From Macrostomum lignano (taxonomy: Eukaryota), in NCBI GenBank assembly GCA_002269645.1, contig NIVC01000068.1:372001-436000 (forward strand): a stretch of DNA of 64,000 nucleotides. The letters are read 5' to 3'. The notes beneath the pieces were generated by a model. That model was not told the origin of the DNA, did not search any database, and worked only from the letters and a program-made list of their open reading frames with translations. Both the position numbers and the translations under genes were made by a program. Below are positions 61,363-64,000 of this stretch, in pieces. Numbering within the stretch: position 1 is the first letter of the stretch; the number at the start of each line of letters is the position of its first letter.

Positions 61363-61960
61363 AGTATCCTTAAACACCTACATGTACCCCGTATCCTTAA
61401 ACACCTACGTGTACCCCGTATCCTTAAACACCTACATGTACCCCGTATCCTTAAACACCTACATGTACTCCGTATCCTTAAACACCTACATGTACCCCGT
61501 ATCCTTAAACACCTACATGTACCCCGTATCCTTAAACACTTACATGTACTCCGTATCCTTAAACACCTACATGTACCCCGTATCCTTAAACACCTACATG
61601 TACCCCGTATCCTTAAACACCTACATGTACCCCGTATCCTTATACACCTACATGTACTCCGTATCCTTATACACCTACATGTACCCCGTATCCTTATACA
61701 CCTACATGTACTCCGTATCCTTATACACCTACATGTACTCCGTATCCTTATACACCTACATATACCCCGTATCCTTATACACCTACATGTACTCCGTATC
61801 CTTATACACCTACATGTACTCCGTATCCTTAAACACCTACATGTACCCCGTATCCTTAATCACCTACATGTACTCCGTATCCTTAAACACCTACGTGTAC
61901 CCCGTATCCTTAATCACCTACATGTACTCCGTATCCTTAAACACCTACATGTACCCTGCA
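61363..61960. repeat. 27-bp minisatellite GTATCCTTAAACACCTACATGTACCCC
   Basis: About 22 copies abutting the GPCR exon. Confidence 0.95.
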
Positions 61961-62741
61961 TCCTCAAGCACTCCACCCAGTATCTTTTAAACACCCTTTA
62001 AACCTTTAAACACTCACGCCGTATCTTAAAACACCTCACCTAGCGTCTCAGAATGGTCTAGATAGAAGACAAAAAATCAGAATCAAAAGTCGCAGTTCAC
62101 TATAGCCAAAATTATTTAAAGTACATTGACTTGAAATGCCCTCCCTAGAAATTTGTTTAACAGCGTTGCACAGGCGAATGCTGAATACAAATTGCATATT
62201 GGTATATTTTCAAAGCGAGTTTGTTGGCACCCACCAGAATGCTATTGGAGAATTACAATTAGATCTTGTTGCTGTAACGATATTACTCTACAGAATAAGC
62301 ATGCATCAAAATTGTTGGCGTGAAAAATGTTTTTCTTAATGAGCACTTCCATTTTTTCTGAACTACCTTTACAAACCCAGGGAACTGCATCAGCAAAAAT
62401 TCATCAATATGTAAACTAATGAAGAATTTGGATTGCTAATCTATGGAAGGTAAAAAACTTACATAATCAAATGTTTGTACAAAAAAATAATAAGTTTTTC
62501 AATTTCCAGCAAGTACAAAAAATGCAAGAGTTAGAACAAAATTTGGTCATCGAGCTGGAACAGTTGAAGAATTCAGTCATGAGCCTCATGTAGGGCTTAA
62601 CTTGGCGCAGTCAGACTGGGTAGACAAACTTTGGAGACCGCACGAATGAGACGTGGCTGCCTGGCCTGATCAACTCGAATATAATTACCTGCGGCGGGGA
62701 GCGTGTGGTGGCGTCTGCGTTGATGCTGTAGCAACAGGGGT

Positions 62742-62789
<48 letters not shown>
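62742..62789. repeat. Short (CAGA)n microsatellite
   Basis: About 12 tetranucleotide copies. Confidence 0.9.
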
Positions 62790-64000
62790 CTCTTACGACT
62801 GTCTGTGTGTTTAGCGGGACCTGAGTTATGTTAATGCGTTACGTGGACCACGCAATTCCGGTTAAAAAATAGAGTCTGTTTTGACAACGCGAAAGGCTAG
62901 CTAGGGTTATCTTTTTGTTAACTTGACGGAATAGCCAGTTCGGGGAAACTGTGGTGGTTCACTAACTACGTTTTGGGGACCGGGTTAGGTGGACCGCAAA
63001 AAAACAGTTGGTTTAGTTAGACCTCTTTCGTTGTAGAAAATTTATTGCTTTAAACTGTTCTTTTGAACTAATTAAAACAGAAATTCTCAAAAAGAACAGA
63101 TAAAAGGGTTACGACGTCATTTAATGAAAATATCCCAAGTTCAAACCAATTTATTTAGCATTACTAATCGAGTTAATCGGGTTAAACAAATGTACGATCG
63201 CATTAGTTAGTTGCGTCGCGTGAATACAAGAAGGTGAATGAAAATAAAGCATTTTGAAAATGAATACCGAATCATATCAAATACTAACTGTAAACTCATT
63301 AAAACTAATTTAGGTCAAAATGTATGCTTCAAATACATGTTAACAAACGTAAGATTCCATTAGTTAAAAAAGGTCATCCGAGTACGAGCCTACAAGAAGT
63401 TGAAGGGCATTTTTAATAACGACAAAAGTTACTAAAACTGAAATTAAATTGATTTGACTACATCAGTCCTATTATACTGAATGAGTTAATGAGCAATCAT
63501 ATGATAAGCCAATCATTTTACCGACTTTCATCTTTTCGTTCACGCAGATGATGGCTTAATCTTCTTATTTTTTCTACGAAATATTCTCCTGGACCTTCCC
63601 TGCCTCCGTGGTCCGGGACCGCTTCTGTTATTGATCTGTCATTGCCTCTCTCACGAATTTCAGCTTACTCAGCCATCGAATCCGCTTTCGTCAGCTCAGC
63701 TCTACTGTATGATGAACCTTTCTATATTACTCGTCAATTAGTGGTTTGAATCTTCTTTTACAGTTCGTTTTAACCTTCATCTCGGTGAAACGCAGTCAGT
63801 CTCGTCGAGCTCAGGCGAACAAAATCAACCACAGGCTCCTACAAAGGTAGAAAATAAAATTAACTGACAATCAAACAGACACAGAAATCTGTTCCAGTTG
63901 TGTCTGTAGGTTATGTGGACCACCTGAGAGCCAGAGCCTCAAACAGAAAGAAATCTGTTCGAGTTGTGTCTGTAGGTTAGGTGGACCAGCTATTCTACAG

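Overview
Eukaryotic (metazoan) genomic DNA; no prokaryotic genes, rRNA, intact tRNA or CRISPR arrays are supported. GC-rich exons with Gln tracts and (TCTG)n- or minisatellite-filled introns resemble a Macrostomum-like flatworm (inference only). Host genes: intronless BET1L-like SNARE, 5-exon UTP18, 3-exon F-box/LRR gene, intronless divergent class A GPCR, an unidentified 4-exon gene (~609 aa), and a spliced neuropeptide-receptor-like GPCR whose TM7 is not visible. Mobile DNA is dense: a piggyBac with an intact transposase ORF; several MITEs with readable TSDs; a 5'-truncated Penelope-like element with inverted terminal repeats and a decayed hammerhead motif; an 823-bp TTAA-flanked foldback; a young RT-RNase H LINE with a 12-bp TSD; a tRNA-derived SINE-like family sharing a motif with that LINE's 3' UTR; Crypton/DUF3504-like and Tc1/IS630-like relics; and a zinc-finger retroelement fragment inside a (CAT)n tract. 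The main unexplained pattern is that most introns hold their own distinct tandem array, one of which also occurs inside a Helitron-like module. Most long ORFs in the supplied track over these arrays are translation artefacts. All calls were made by eye without database searches.
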